Notes: a model not told the origin generated them from the sequence alone. 62,623 nucleotides of DNA, filler included, from 7 parts of 7 records of this genome joined end to end with filler, not necessarily neighbours in it; one strand, 5' to 3'. Shown: positions 9,659 to 20,826, numbered from the whole stretch's first letter. Translations and numbers: made by a program.

Positions 9659-10396
9659 ATGTGCCAGAATACAATAAAAAACCCATTAAGCAGGGTGTTA
9701 TTTCACACCCTGTTTTGGATAATTTCTGTTGTACTTAATGCTTTTGTTTTTAAGTACTCGTCTCAAATTAGCTCTCTTGATTTTTATTATGCTCTTTTAT
9801 CTCACTTAAGCATTCTTTTGGGCACATACTTTAATTATGCTATTTTAATTCCGCTCTTTTTTAAAGAAAAAAGATATATTAAATACAGTATATCTGTGGT
9901 TTTTTTGAGTCTAACGTTGACTCTCTTCTACGGTTTCACCTTCAATACATTGTCCGATATTATTTTGCCAGATTTTTATTTTGTTTCTCAGTTTAATACT
10001 GCAGAAGCATTTATTTATGTATCTGTCTATTTATCATTCACTACCTTATTAACACTTTCTGAATCGTGGTTTGAGCTACAGGATAAAAACAAACAGTTAC
10101 TATTAATTGAAAAAGAAAATATTGACAGTCAGCTTAAAGCATTAAAATCACAAATTAACCCACACTTTTTATTTAACAGTTTGAATTTGATTTATGCAGA
10201 AGCTTTAAAAAAAACAGAATTGGTTCCTGATTTTATTATCAGGCTATCTGAAATTTTACGTTATGTAATTTACAAATCCAATCACGACACCATTAAACTG
10301 AGTGAAGAAATTGACCTAATAGAGAATTATTTGACGCTACTTAAACAAAGGTCGGAGAGAAATAGTAAACTGAACCACTACGGAATGAATTCCGTA
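9659..10396 (+). CDS. LytS/YehU-family sensor histidine kinase (truncated at contig end)
   Basis: Four TM segments, then LKSQINPHFLFNSLN H-box and LSEILRY...LSEEI. Confidence 0.88.
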
Positions 10397-10496
10397 NNNN
10401 NNNNNNNNNNNNNNNNNNNNNNNNNNNNNNNNNNNNNNNNTTAATTAATTAANNNNNNNNNNNNNNNNNNNNNNNNNNNNNNNNNNNNNNNNNNNN
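10397..10496. other. Artificial contig linker
   Basis: N44-TTAATTAATTAA-N44; gene content and composition change abruptly across it. Confidence 0.97.
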
Positions 10497-11933
10497 CCCT
10501 GCTTCTCCAGCAGTTGCCGCTTCAACTGCAGCGTTAAGTGAGAGGATATTTGTTTGGAAAGCTATTTGATCTATGATAGTTAAAGCTTCATTGATATGGG
10601 TTACTTCATTAACAATATCTTCCATTGCTTGTGAAGTTGAGTGTGCGAGTTTTTCACCCTCAGTGGCTGATCTATTTACATCTGAAGCTAAAGTAGACAT
10701 CTTCATTGTGTTTTGTGTATTGTTTTTGATCCTATTGGTGATCTCTTCTAAAGATGCTGCAGTCTCTTCTAAAGATGCTGCTTGCGAATTTGCAGCAGAT
10801 GAGAGTCCAGAAGAGGCATTTGATAGGGTATGGGTATTATTATTAAGATTTTCTCCTGTATTCATGATCATTGCTAAGATCTCAGAAGTGTTATTCCCTA
10901 CAAGTTTAATCCCAGCTGTTACAGAACCTAGGTCTCCAAAAATTCCATTATCATCAATTTTGTAGTCATATTTTGATTGTGAATATTCTCTAAGGGTTAA
11001 ATTGATCTTATCAAGAGTCCCTTTTACGGTTTTGATCATAAAGTTAAGATTGGTTTTCATCTGTTCAACATGTGGGTTTGCTGCAGTTGATTTTACTTCA
11101 TAGACAAAAAAACCATTGGCCGTTTTTTGTAATACATCATTGGTCTCATTAATAACTATTTCATCTTTTTTAAGATCTTGTTTTACTTTATTCATATACT
11201 CATTAAATAGATTTGCAACTTCTCCTATCTCATCTTTCGTTGTAATATCAAGGTGAAAATCATCTTTTACTTCATTTGAGTTGATTAGTTTTTTAAAACC
11301 ATCTTTTAAGCCCTCTATAGGTTTTGTAGCTCTTGTAACCACATAAAAAATAATACCTATAGTGATCCACCCTAAGATACTTGATGAGATAATGATATTT
11401 AAAATAATGCTATGAAGACTTTCATCTGAACTTTTTAAAGAAAAGGTTAAATCCATTACTCCAATTACATCCCCTTCCTTTTGGTTGGCATGGCACATTA
11501 AACACTCATTTGTAGCGATCATTGGTTTGATCATTCTTAAGTTATGTCCATTTTCATCTTCAGTTTCTAAGATCTGATCTTTTTTTGTATTAAAAGATTG
11601 AAGAATGTTTTTATCTGTAGTAAATTTTGAATTTGGTGAATACATCTCAATTAAAGCTTTACTTTTTGCAATATTAAGCTTTTGGACACCTTTTATTGTT
11701 GAAGCTTCATGTCCCGCTTTTTCAATTTGGATAGGATCACCTGTGTTCATGGCATTTCTTAAACTTTGAAAAATAGCAGTATTGAGCATATTTAAATTTT
11801 CTTTCGTTTTGGCAATATTGTCACTACGTACTTTTGTAACGGTAGAGTATAACACTGCCATACTGCTTAGTGTCATTAATATGAACATCCAGAAGATGAT
11901 CTTTCGGCTAATAGTTTTATTAATAAAATCCAT
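10497..11933 (-). CDS. Methyl-accepting chemotaxis protein with a periplasmic c-type haem (CxxCH) sensor domain, truncated
   Basis: TM - periplasmic domain with ECLMCH - TM - HAMP (DEIGEVA) - MCP signature IAFQTNILSLNAAVEAA. ATG at 11933 follows AAGGA. Confidence 0.9.
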
Positions 11934-12130
11934 CAATTTAAATCCTTGCTTTAAGTAATAAGTAATATTTATAATTACATCATTATTACATTTTTGTCAT
12001 GTGATTAATTTTACACTAAACTTGATAAAGAATAGTTTTAAAGTGTTACTTTATACTTTGTTTTATCTTGATTTTTTTTAAAGTATAATAAGGGTATAAT
12101 CAGAACTAATAAATTAAATAAAGATGATAA

Positions 12131-12691
12131 ATGATTGTTGGAATTGAAGGTAAAATAGAAAAGAAAGAACCAACTTTGGTTCATCTCAATGTGCAGGGAC
12201 TTATTTATGAGGTTTTTATCTCTATAAATTGTAGTAGCAGTATAATTGATAAGAGTGTTAAACTTCATACTACACAGATATTAAAAGAGGATAGTAGTAG
12301 TTTATATGGTTTTGTAGATATAAATGAAAAAAAACTTTTTGATACAGTGATAAAGATCAATGGAGTTGGGCCTAAAGTAGCATTGGCTATTTGTAGTACT
12401 TTTACACCAAGTAGTTTTGCTAAAATTGTAGAAACAAAAGATGTAAGTATGTTAAAACGTGTTCCTGGAATTGGTCCTAAAGGAGCTAGTAGAATTTTAG
12501 TGGAGCTTAGTGGATTTGTGATCACTGATGACTCTGATATTTCTACAGTCTCTAGCTCTGCTTCTGAAGCAGTTATGGCACTAGAGTCACTTGGGTTTAA
12601 AAAAGATCAGATCAATAAAGCATTGCAAGGGTGTAGTGGAAGCGATACGGCAAGTTTAGTAAAAGAAGCATTAAAAAAACTACAGAAATAA
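12131..12691 (+). CDS. ruvA: Holliday junction branch migration protein RuvA
   Basis: LYGF, two HhH motifs ([19 protein letters not shown]), C-terminal ALESLGF. Confidence 0.95.
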   Translation: MIVGIEGKIEKKEPTLVHLNVQGLIYEVFISINCSSSIIDKSVKLHTTQILKEDSSSLYGFVDINEKKLFDTVIKINGVGPKVALAICSTFTPSSFAKIVETKDVSMLKRVPGIGPKGASRILVELSGFVITDDSDISTVSSSASEAVMALESLGFKKDQINKALQGCSGSDTASLVKEALKKLQK

Positions 12692-12727
12692 AAGAAAAAT
12701 TTTAAAATTGAAGAGTAAAAGATAATA

Positions 12728-13774
12728 ATGGCAAAAAAAAGAGTAGCAATTGTATTTGGTGCACAAAGTTATGAACATGAGATTAGTATCGTAAGTGCGA
12801 TCGCGATGAAAAAGGTATTGGATCAAAACTTAGTATATATTTTTATCGATAAGGATAGAGAGTTTTATGAGATACCTACAGATATAATTAAATCGAAAAT
12901 ATTTAGTAGTGGTGAGTATAAAAAACATGATCAACTTTTTTTACAAAAAGGGGGCTTTTTCAAAAAAGGACTTTTTAGCTCAAAAAAAGTTGAGTGTGAT
13001 GTGGTTTTAAATTTGGTTCATGGTGGAGATGGAGAGGATGGAGTTTTAGCTTCTTTATTTAAATTTTTTGAAATCCCTTTTATTGGTCCTAGAGTTGAAG
13101 CTAGTGCAGTAAGTTTTAGTAAATATTTTACCAAAATGTATGCAAAAGAGTGTGGGGTAAAAACGATCGATTATCAATACTTTACAAAAAATGATGAGGT
13201 TATAATCGAGAAGTTTCCAGTGATCATCAAACCAACAAGACTAGGAAGCAGTATAGGGATCTCAATCGTAAGAGATAAAGAAGACCTTCCATATGCTTTG
13301 GATATTGCTTTTGAGTTTGATGATTCTATTATTGTAGAGCCTTTTGTAGAGGGGATAAAAGAGTTTAATTTAGCAGGAACAAAGATTCAAGAACAATTTG
13401 TTTTTTCTATGGTTGAAGAGCCTAGTAAAGGGGAGATCTTGGACTTTGAAAAAAAATATCTTGATTTTAATAGAACAGCTAGAGTCAATGAAGCTGAGAT
13501 ATCTGAAGAACTTAAAATAAAATTACAAGAGAATTTTTCTAAAATATATAATACTCTTTTTGAAGGCTCTTTAATACGATGTGATTTCTTTGTTTTAGAA
13601 GATCAAGTTTTTATCAATGAGATCAATCCCATTCCTGGTAGTATGTCAAATTATCTCTTTGATGATTTTGAAACAATACTGATGAATTTATCAAAAAATT
13701 TACCAAAGGTTAATAATATTTTGATAAATTATGAATATGTTAATACGATTCAACAAGCAAAAGGGAAAGCTTAA
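12728..13774 (+). CDS. ddl: D-alanine--D-alanine ligase
   Basis: FGAQSYEHEISIVSA, HGGDGEDG, KP..LGSSIG and NEINPIPGS motifs; follows ruvA as in Campylobacterota. Confidence 0.94.
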   Translation: MAKKRVAIVFGAQSYEHEISIVSAIAMKKVLDQNLVYIFIDKDREFYEIPTDIIKSKIFSSGEYKKHDQLFLQKGGFFKKGLFSSKKVECDVVLNLVHGGDGEDGVLASLFKFFEIPFIGPRVEASAVSFSKYFTKMYAKECGVKTIDYQYFTKNDEVIIEKFPVIIKPTRLGSSIGISIVRDKEDLPYALDIAFEFDDSIIVEPFVEGIKEFNLAGTKIQEQFVFSMVEEPSKGEILDFEKKYLDFNRTARVNEAEISEELKIKLQENFSKIYNTLFEGSLIRCDFFVLEDQVFINEINPIPGSMSNYLFDDFETILMNLSKNLPKVNNILINYEYVNTIQQAKGKA

Positions 13775-13776
13775 AT

Positions 13777-14799
13777 ATGGAAACTCTCAGTTTAGAGCTT
13801 CAAGATCTGAAGCAGGTTTATAATTATATAAGTGAATCAGTAGTTATTATCGATAGTAAAACACATAGTATTGTTTTGATGAATCAAACAGCACTCAAAA
13901 GGTTTAAAACAACAGAAGAAGAGATCCTGTTTAAAAAAATCACAGAACTTATCCCTTTAGATTATCAAGAACAGATCTTTGAAACTTTATCAAATGAAGA
14001 TGATTCATATTTAGATGTGTATCTAAAAGATGCAAAAAGTGATATATTTGCAGCATATGTAAGTGGTCAAATCCTTCCACTTAAAGATGAAACTTATGGG
14101 ATTTTAACTATTGTTGATGTAACTGATTTAAAAGAACAAGAGAAAGAAAGAGTTAAAAAGCTAAAAAGTCATATTATTACCCAAGCAACAAACCATGCAC
14201 AAAAAGCAAGTGAGATGAAAGGGCAAAATACCTCAGAGCTTATTGCTATGCAAGAAGAACTAGATCAAACTCGTCACGAGATGTTTAAACTAGAGCGAAA
14301 AATTACTCTTTTTGAGAGAGAAAACCATGTATTAAATGCCCAGTGTGAGAAGATACAAGAGGAGTCTTTTAGTTTTGAGCAGGTGTTAGATAGAGAGATT
14401 GCTCTGTATAAAAGATATGATAGAAAATTCTCTTTAGCTATCGTTGCTATTGAGGATTATAAAACATTTTCTGAACAAGTAAATAGTGAAGCAAAAAAAG
14501 ATTTAATTTTAAGAGCATTTAAAAAACACTTTAAAAGTACGGTAAGAACTACAGATATTATTTATTATGAAAATAGTGGACTTTTTTATCTTATTTTACC
14601 AAATTCAAATGATGTAAATATTACTGATCTAGTCAATAGACTACTTCATGCTAAAAGGATAGATACAAAGATCATTGTACGGTTTAATTGTGGAATAGCT
14701 CATATTTATGAACACGATACAAGAGAACACCTTATCTATAGAGCAAAGAAAAGTTTAGAGGAAAATATTAAAGAAAACAACTATGTTAGAAGTCAGTAA
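13777..14799 (+). CDS. PAS + coiled-coil + degenerate GGDEF-domain protein
   Basis: N-terminal PAS. C-terminal GGDEF fold has RTTD followed by NSGLF where GG(D/E)EF is expected. Confidence 0.7.
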   Translation: METLSLELQDLKQVYNYISESVVIIDSKTHSIVLMNQTALKRFKTTEEEILFKKITELIPLDYQEQIFETLSNEDDSYLDVYLKDAKSDIFAAYVSGQILPLKDETYGILTIVDVTDLKEQEKERVKKLKSHIITQATNHAQKASEMKGQNTSELIAMQEELDQTRHEMFKLERKITLFERENHVLNAQCEKIQEESFSFEQVLDREIALYKRYDRKFSLAIVAIEDYKTFSEQVNSEAKKDLILRAFKKHFKSTVRTTDIIYYENSGLFYLILPNSNDVNITDLVNRLLHAKRIDTKIIVRFNCGIAHIYEHDTREHLIYRAKKSLEENIKENNYVRSQ

Positions 14800-15559
14800 A
14801 AAGATTACAAGATTAGTTGGACAAACTAATGCAAAATATAACCTTATTAAAGAGGGTGATAGGGTTTTAGTAGGATTTAGTGGAGGAAAAGATTCTTTAA
14901 CACTTATCCACACATTAAAAAGGATGCAAAGACATGCCCCTTTTCAGTTTGATTTTAAAGCGGTTACTATCACTTATGGGATGGAAGGTGAAAATGTCGA
15001 CTTTTTAAGTGATCATTGCACGGAGCATGAGATCGAACACGAAATTGTAGATACCAATATATTTGATATCTCTGTTGAGAAGGTAAGAAAAAATAGCTCT
15101 TTGTGTAGTTTGATCTCTCGAATGAGAAGAGGGTATCTTTATACCCATGCACTTGAAAATGGTTTTAACAAATTAGCTCTAGGACATCATTTAGATGATT
15201 CGATGGAGAGTTTTTTTATGAACTTTTTTTATAATGGTGCCATGAGAGCTATGCCTCCAATTTATAAAGCAGAAAATGATCTTTTAGTGATTAGACCTTT
15301 GGTCTTTTGTAGAGAGAGACAGTTACGTGCCTTTGCACAGGATCATGAGTTGGCAGTAATTGGTGATGAGGGGTGTCCTGGTATGAGGCTTGATGAGGAG
15401 CAAAGAAAGCATATGAAAATGCCCCATGCAAGAGCTAATACAAAAAAGCTTTTAGAAGATTTGGAAAAAGAGAATCCAAAGATCTTTATAACAATGAAAG
15501 CAGCTTTTGAAAATATCCATACGGAGACTTTTTTTCTTAAAAATGAGGATCTAGACTAG
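14783..15559 (+). CDS. ttcA: tRNA 2-thiocytidine biosynthesis protein TtcA family
   Basis: PP-loop SGGKDS, LGHHLDD, VIRPL. Confidence 0.88.
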   Translation: MLEVSKKITRLVGQTNAKYNLIKEGDRVLVGFSGGKDSLTLIHTLKRMQRHAPFQFDFKAVTITYGMEGENVDFLSDHCTEHEIEHEIVDTNIFDISVEKVRKNSSLCSLISRMRRGYLYTHALENGFNKLALGHHLDDSMESFFMNFFYNGAMRAMPPIYKAENDLLVIRPLVFCRERQLRAFAQDHELAVIGDEGCPGMRLDEEQRKHMKMPHARANTKKLLEDLEKENPKIFITMKAAFENIHTETFFLKNEDLD

Positions 15560-18231
15560 CTTTTTACTAGATCTTCTTCTGGAGCTCCAAAGAGATATCC
15601 TTGGGAATAATCAAAACCTATCTCTTCAACAGTTAAGTGGATTTCAGATGATGATACAAACTCAGCAATGGTTTTATATCCCATTTTTTTAGAAAAATCT
15701 AAAATAGTGATAATGATATCTTTGATATTTGAATCACTGATATTTTTAATTAAACTTCCATCAATTTTGAGGTAATCTACATTTAATTTTATAAGGTATT
15801 CAAAGTTACTATATCCCGTACCAAAATCGTCGATAGCTATTTTACATCCAAATGATTTAATACGTTTGATAAATTTTTGTACCTGATCAAATTGTTCTAT
15901 ATGCTCACTCTCCACGATCTCTAATACAAGACGTTCAGCTACATTGTATTGTTCTAGCATAGTTTCTAAATATTCACATAGATCCTCATTTAAAATATCT
16001 TCAATAGTTAAGTTGATTGAGAATTCACTAGTCTCATTTTGGAATTTTTCAAAAGATTGTTTGATAACGATCTTTGTAATATCAAGATATTGACCAGAAG
16101 ATTTGGCATAATCTAAGAAAAAATATGGAGATATAATCTCCCCTTGTTCATTTTTAAGGCGGATCAGGGATTCATATTTTTCAATTGATTTTGTATGGTT
16201 ATTGTATATTGGTTGATAAAAAACAACAAATCTATCTTCTTGAAGAGCTTTTTTAACGATCTCTGTCCACTTGAGATTCTCTTCAAACTCTTTTTCTATA
16301 TTAAGCTCTTTTGAGTATACAAGTGTTTTGTGATTATATTTTTTTGCATATTTATTAGCAATCTCAGCAGTTGAGAGAATAAGCTCATTTTTTTGAGAAG
16401 AGATACCAGAGGTGGTTACAATATCAAATGATTTTACATGGGTATCAATTATAGATTCGATCATTTGGGTATTGAGGTTTTGTATAAAGTGGACAAAACT
16501 ATCATGTCCAAGGGTAAAGTTTAAAATAGCAAATTTATCACTTTGCAGTCTATATAAGAAAAATTCATCTGTTAAATGTTCATCAAGTAGTTTTGAGAAT
16601 TTTACTAAGATCTCATCTCCAATAGTATGTCCATAAAAATCATTGATAGAAGAAAACCCATCAATATCTATAACGGCAATGTTATTTACTATGTGGTCAT
16701 TAATATCTTCATTAAGTTTATATCTATTCCCAAATCCAGTGAGAGGATCAGTTGTAGCAATATTGATAAGCTCTTTTCTTTGTTGTATTAATTGCGTAAT
16801 ATCATGTCTTACTGCAAGATACTCTATAATTTCATTATTTTCATTAAAAATTGGAGTGATAGCAATATCCACATCATAGTATCCTCCATCTTTCTTTTTA
16901 TTCCGCAAAATTCCCGTCCATATTTTTCCTGCTTGTATAGTAAGCCATAACTCTTTAAAAGTTTGTTTAGGAATATCAGGATGTCTTAAAAGAGAATGGG
17001 GTTTTCCTATAGCTTCCTCTTTTGTATAGCCACTGACTTTTGTAAAGTTATCATTGATATAAGTGATTTTTCCTTTTGTATCAGATTTTGAGATGATATT
17101 ATTTACATTCATAGCTTCAAGGTATCGATCATAGATATCTGATTTATCTTTTAGATTCTTTTGTGAGTGGAGTACTTTTGTGGCTAAAATAGATGGGATG
17201 TAGGCTAAAAGAATACCTAATGGCCCACTCACTAGTAGTATGATCCCTAAAGTGCTCAGTATCTTTTGAAGAGTAAGCTTTTTTAGCTCATTTACTTTTG
17301 AAGTTTTTACTTTCAGTAGTATAGTGATATCTTCAATTATTTTTAACTCATTTGTGATATTTTTAGAAAAAACATGTTCTGAGTTGAATTGAAAGCTATG
17401 AAGAATATTTTGAAAACTATTTGGAAGAATATCTTGTATAGTAATCTGTTTTAAAAGATATTTTGACCAAGAATAATCTTCTAATTTCCCATCAACTTCA
17501 TTAATACCAACGATAAAGTTTCCTTTTTTATCAAGTAAAGAGATCCAAAAAAGCTCAGAGCTTGCTATTTGTTTTAAAATATCATCCATAAAAAGGTTAA
17601 TGATAACTATCCCTTGAAAACTGTTATTTTCATAAATAGGAGCAGCTAGTCTTACTGTAGGTGTATAGGGTTTTTGGATCGTATCATTTTCTATATTTAG
17701 ATCAATATTAGATACCCATATATCATTATTAGAACTCAGTTTTGATACCTCTTGAAAATAATATCTATCCTTTTTATTTTGCAGAGTGCTTTTAGGAACA
17801 ATTGTATATTTTTCCCCTTTGTAGTTTCTCTCAAGACGAATATTCTCCATTCCATTATTATCGATATAACGTATTTGCATAATATCTTTTGATGAGTTTA
17901 TAACCTGTTCAAATAAAGAGAGAGTCTCTTGTGAATATTTTGAAAAATCACTATTAATATATTGTTGAAAGATCATATTATTGCGTATTGATCTAATAAA
18001 TTGTTTATGAAGATCAAGTTTATTTTTTAAATAGATAGTTTTTGAATCAATCTCCATTTGAGCTTGATTGTAGATATGGTCACGTAAATTTTTTTGTTCA
18101 TATTGATAGCTTATAAAAAATGAAAGGAGGGCAATGATAATTGCAAGAGTGATAAAAGAGAAAATAAAAAATATTTTGATCGATAAGGGACTAGATAAAA
18201 ATTTATTAAAATATCGTGATGTAATATTCAT
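15556..18231 (-). CDS. Cache-PAS-GGDEF(degenerate)-EAL c-di-GMP phosphodiesterase
   Basis: TM-Cache-TM, PAS (IGKPHSLLRHPD), GGDEF replaced by QSDKF, EAL domain with ESLIRL and DDFGTGYSNF. Confidence 0.88.
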   Translation of the reverse strand: MNITSRYFNKFLSSPLSIKIFFIFSFITLAIIIALLSFFISYQYEQKNLRDHIYNQAQMEIDSKTIYLKNKLDLHKQFIRSIRNNMIFQQYINSDFSKYSQETLSLFEQVINSSKDIMQIRYIDNNGMENIRLERNYKGEKYTIVPKSTLQNKKDRYYFQEVSKLSSNNDIWVSNIDLNIENDTIQKPYTPTVRLAAPIYENNSFQGIVIINLFMDDILKQIASSELFWISLLDKKGNFIVGINEVDGKLEDYSWSKYLLKQITIQDILPNSFQNILHSFQFNSEHVFSKNITNELKIIEDITILLKVKTSKVNELKKLTLQKILSTLGIILLVSGPLGILLAYIPSILATKVLHSQKNLKDKSDIYDRYLEAMNVNNIISKSDTKGKITYINDNFTKVSGYTKEEAIGKPHSLLRHPDIPKQTFKELWLTIQAGKIWTGILRNKKKDGGYYDVDIAITPIFNENNEIIEYLAVRHDITQLIQQRKELINIATTDPLTGFGNRYKLNEDINDHIVNNIAVIDIDGFSSINDFYGHTIGDEILVKFSKLLDEHLTDEFFLYRLQSDKFAILNFTLGHDSFVHFIQNLNTQMIESIIDTHVKSFDIVTTSGISSQKNELILSTAEIANKYAKKYNHKTLVYSKELNIEKEFEENLKWTEIVKKALQEDRFVVFYQPIYNNHTKSIEKYESLIRLKNEQGEIISPYFFLDYAKSSGQYLDITKIVIKQSFEKFQNETSEFSINLTIEDILNEDLCEYLETMLEQYNVAERLVLEIVESEHIEQFDQVQKFIKRIKSFGCKIAIDDFGTGYSNFEYLIKLNVDYLKIDGSLIKNISDSNIKDIIITILDFSKKMGYKTIAEFVSSSEIHLTVEEIGFDYSQGYLFGAPEEDLVKS

Positions 18232-18313
18232 TCAAATCCTTTTTAAAGGTTAAGTTTTATGATAACGAATAGTTACTAAAAAATTTAAAAAATTATTATC
18301 GACTTTAGGGTGA

Positions 18314-19471
18314 TTAATTAGTTTTTTTAATACCTACTTCAAAAAGAGCTCCATTGTTTTGGTTGCTTGCATTGATATATGAATCATTCTCTTCAATGAT
18401 CTTATGGGCAATAGTTAGACCAATTCCCATCCCTGAAGATGGCTTTGTCCCTTTAAATGGCTCATAAATATGATCCATAATATCTTCAGAAATTCCACCA
18501 GCATTATCTTGGATTTTTACGATGATATATTCTGTGTTCTCTTCAATAGTAATATCTATTTTTCGATCACTAAAGTCTTGGATTTTTTGAAGTTCATCTA
18601 AGGCATTGTTAACAAGGATTACCCAAAGGTGCTCTATTCGTCCTTTTTGTACATTGGCTTGAAAAGTTAATTTGTCTTTATCTAGATCTAAATCAAAAAG
18701 TTCTCCATTAATATAGATATTTGAGATATGTTTTGATTTACTAAAGGCTAAAATAAGAGCATCCACAACTGTTTCATAGATATTTGTATCGCTTTTCTCT
18801 TCTATACTAATATCATCATAAAGATCTTTCATAGTATTAACAATATTTTCGATTCGTTTCAGACCATCATTTGCATGGTCTAGATTTTTAAAAAGCATCT
18901 CTTTTGTTGAATCATTCTCTTTAATATCTTCAATATCATAATACATGATCTCCAATGCCCCTTTGATATAGGTAAGTGGAGTATTGAGTTCATGAGTGAT
19001 TCCTGAGGTAAGTTTTTTAATTGCTATAAGTTTAGCATTTTTGATCTTTTCCTCTTCATTGATCTTTTGCTCAACTTCAAGTTTTTTAGAAAGTATTTTA
19101 GGCTCAACGCTATTTTTAATAGCTTCCATCAGTTTTGGCATCATAATAGGTTTTAAAACAAAATGAGCCACATCAAGCTCGATTGCTTTATGCAAAAAGT
19201 CAAGATCATTAAAAGCAGTGGTAATAATAATAGGTATATTTTTGTCAAGTTGTCTGATATGTTCACACATCTCTAAACCATTCATATATGGCATGTTGAT
19301 ATCTGTTATGACAATATCAATAGAAGACTGTTTCTCTTTAAATAGCTCTAAACCTTCTTGACCATTTTGTGCAGTCAAGATAGTTTCAAACAAAATTTGA
19401 AGAGATCGTTTTACTGTATCTTGTAAAACTTTCTCATCCTCAACATATAAAAGAGTTAGTTCTTTAAACAT
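18314..19471 (-). CDS. Receiver-HisKA-HATPase hybrid signalling kinase
   Basis: LYVEDE...TDINMP...KP receiver; THELNTPL H-box; DNAGG and GMGIGL boxes. Confidence 0.88.
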   Translation of the reverse strand: MFKELTLLYVEDEKVLQDTVKRSLQILFETILTAQNGQEGLELFKEKQSSIDIVITDINMPYMNGLEMCEHIRQLDKNIPIIITTAFNDLDFLHKAIELDVAHFVLKPIMMPKLMEAIKNSVEPKILSKKLEVEQKINEEEKIKNAKLIAIKKLTSGITHELNTPLTYIKGALEIMYYDIEDIKENDSTKEMLFKNLDHANDGLKRIENIVNTMKDLYDDISIEEKSDTNIYETVVDALILAFSKSKHISNIYINGELFDLDLDKDKLTFQANVQKGRIEHLWVILVNNALDELQKIQDFSDRKIDITIEENTEYIIVKIQDNAGGISEDIMDHIYEPFKGTKPSSGMGIGLTIAHKIIEENDSYINASNQNNGALFEVGIKKTN

Positions 19472-19563
19472 ATTTTAACCTACGCATAGTAATTAAGAGC
19501 AATTATAATTTTTTCTTTTTTAATAGTATAACAAAAAGAAAATAAAATGTAAAACAGATTTTA

Positions 19564-20823
19564 CTATATTTCAGTCCCATTCCAAAAAATTATTTTATTT
19601 CGACCAGTTTCTTTTGCTTTGTATAATAGTTTATCAGCGTTAACGATAGTTTCCTCTACGCTTTTATTATTTGAACGTAACTGGATACCTGCACTAAAAG
19701 TTATTTTTAGCTTGAGGTCTTGATAGATAAATTTATTTTTTGTGATAACACTTTTAATTCTTGAAATATATTTCTCAAGTTCTTTTTGCTCATGGTAATG
19801 AAGTGCCACAACAAACTCTTCCCCTCCATATCTTCCAACTATATCTGTATCACGAGTTAGTTTTAATAAAAGTGATGCAAAAGTCTTTAGTACAATATCT
19901 CCACAATCATGACCATGATTGTCATTGATCTTTTTAAAATAATCAATATCAAAAAATACAATGGCATAATCTTGATTCTCTCTTGTAAAAAGATTTTCAA
20001 ATTTGTGGAGCTCTTTTTCATAGGCTCTTCTTGTAAGAGTTTTTGTTAAAAAGTCTGTAGAGTTTTGTTGTTTTGCCTCTTTGAGTTCAAGTTCTAACTG
20101 TTGTACTTTTTTTTCTAAAGCAGATACTTCAGTTTTTCCATCTTCGAGGTTTTTACTTACACTTTGCATCTCGTTTTCAATATTTATTGCAGCTTCTACA
20201 AGTTTTGATTGGAGTTTGTTAAGCTCTGATTTTGTAGTAGTATTGATCTTAATAGATTTGATCTTATCTTTAATCGTTGTAACACTATCTCCTCCACTTT
20301 TACTGCTATCAATTGCATCGGTAAGATATTTGTTCATAAGGCTAATGAGTCGTGCAATATCTGCAGTTTTTTGTGCTACTACTTTTTTATCAACTTCAAA
20401 TCTTCTTTCAATAAATTTTTCCATCTCTTGTTGGATAGAGTTTTCAAAGATAAGTGATGGAGAATCTCCAATTTTAATACAAAAAGCTTGGAGTTCATCA
20501 TTGATCGTTAATGAGATAGATGGCTGTAAAGAGCTTTGGAAAAGCTCTGACATCTTTTTGACATTTTCATTTGGAGCACGTAATAATAGCAGATCAATAA
20601 GATCATAAACAGTTTCTATTTTATTAATATCTGAATTTATAATCTCCTCTTTTGAAATCTTCTCTAATGCTTTTTGAAAATAAGCACACTCTTTATCATT
20701 AAGATTGTGTTCTTTTGCATTTTTACAATACTCTTTTGTATAGTTTGATGGAGTGATATCTATTTTTTGATTTGCTAGATTTGATAATGCTTTAGCTGAA
20801 ACTCTTCTAATTGTTTGATCCAT
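19564..20823 (-). CDS. Cytoplasmic diguanylate cyclase (coiled coil + GGDEF)
   Basis: DFLTK, DIDYFKKINDNHGH, RDTD I-site and intact GGEEF. Confidence 0.9.
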   Translation of the reverse strand: MDQTIRRVSAKALSNLANQKIDITPSNYTKEYCKNAKEHNLNDKECAYFQKALEKISKEEIINSDINKIETVYDLIDLLLLRAPNENVKKMSELFQSSLQPSISLTINDELQAFCIKIGDSPSLIFENSIQQEMEKFIERRFEVDKKVVAQKTADIARLISLMNKYLTDAIDSSKSGGDSVTTIKDKIKSIKINTTTKSELNKLQSKLVEAAINIENEMQSVSKNLEDGKTEVSALEKKVQQLELELKEAKQQNSTDFLTKTLTRRAYEKELHKFENLFTRENQDYAIVFFDIDYFKKINDNHGHDCGDIVLKTFASLLLKLTRDTDIVGRYGGEEFVVALHYHEQKELEKYISRIKSVITKNKFIYQDLKLKITFSAGIQLRSNNKSVEETIVNADKLLYKAKETGRNKIIFWNGTEI

Positions 20824-20826
20824 CTC

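Noticed and set aside
10441-10452. TTAATTAATTAA repeats as a biological repeat or CRISPR-like array
   Set aside because: Always embedded in N44 padding at contig joins, so synthetic. ORF-track proteins ending in X-runs or 'LIN' are artefacts of it.
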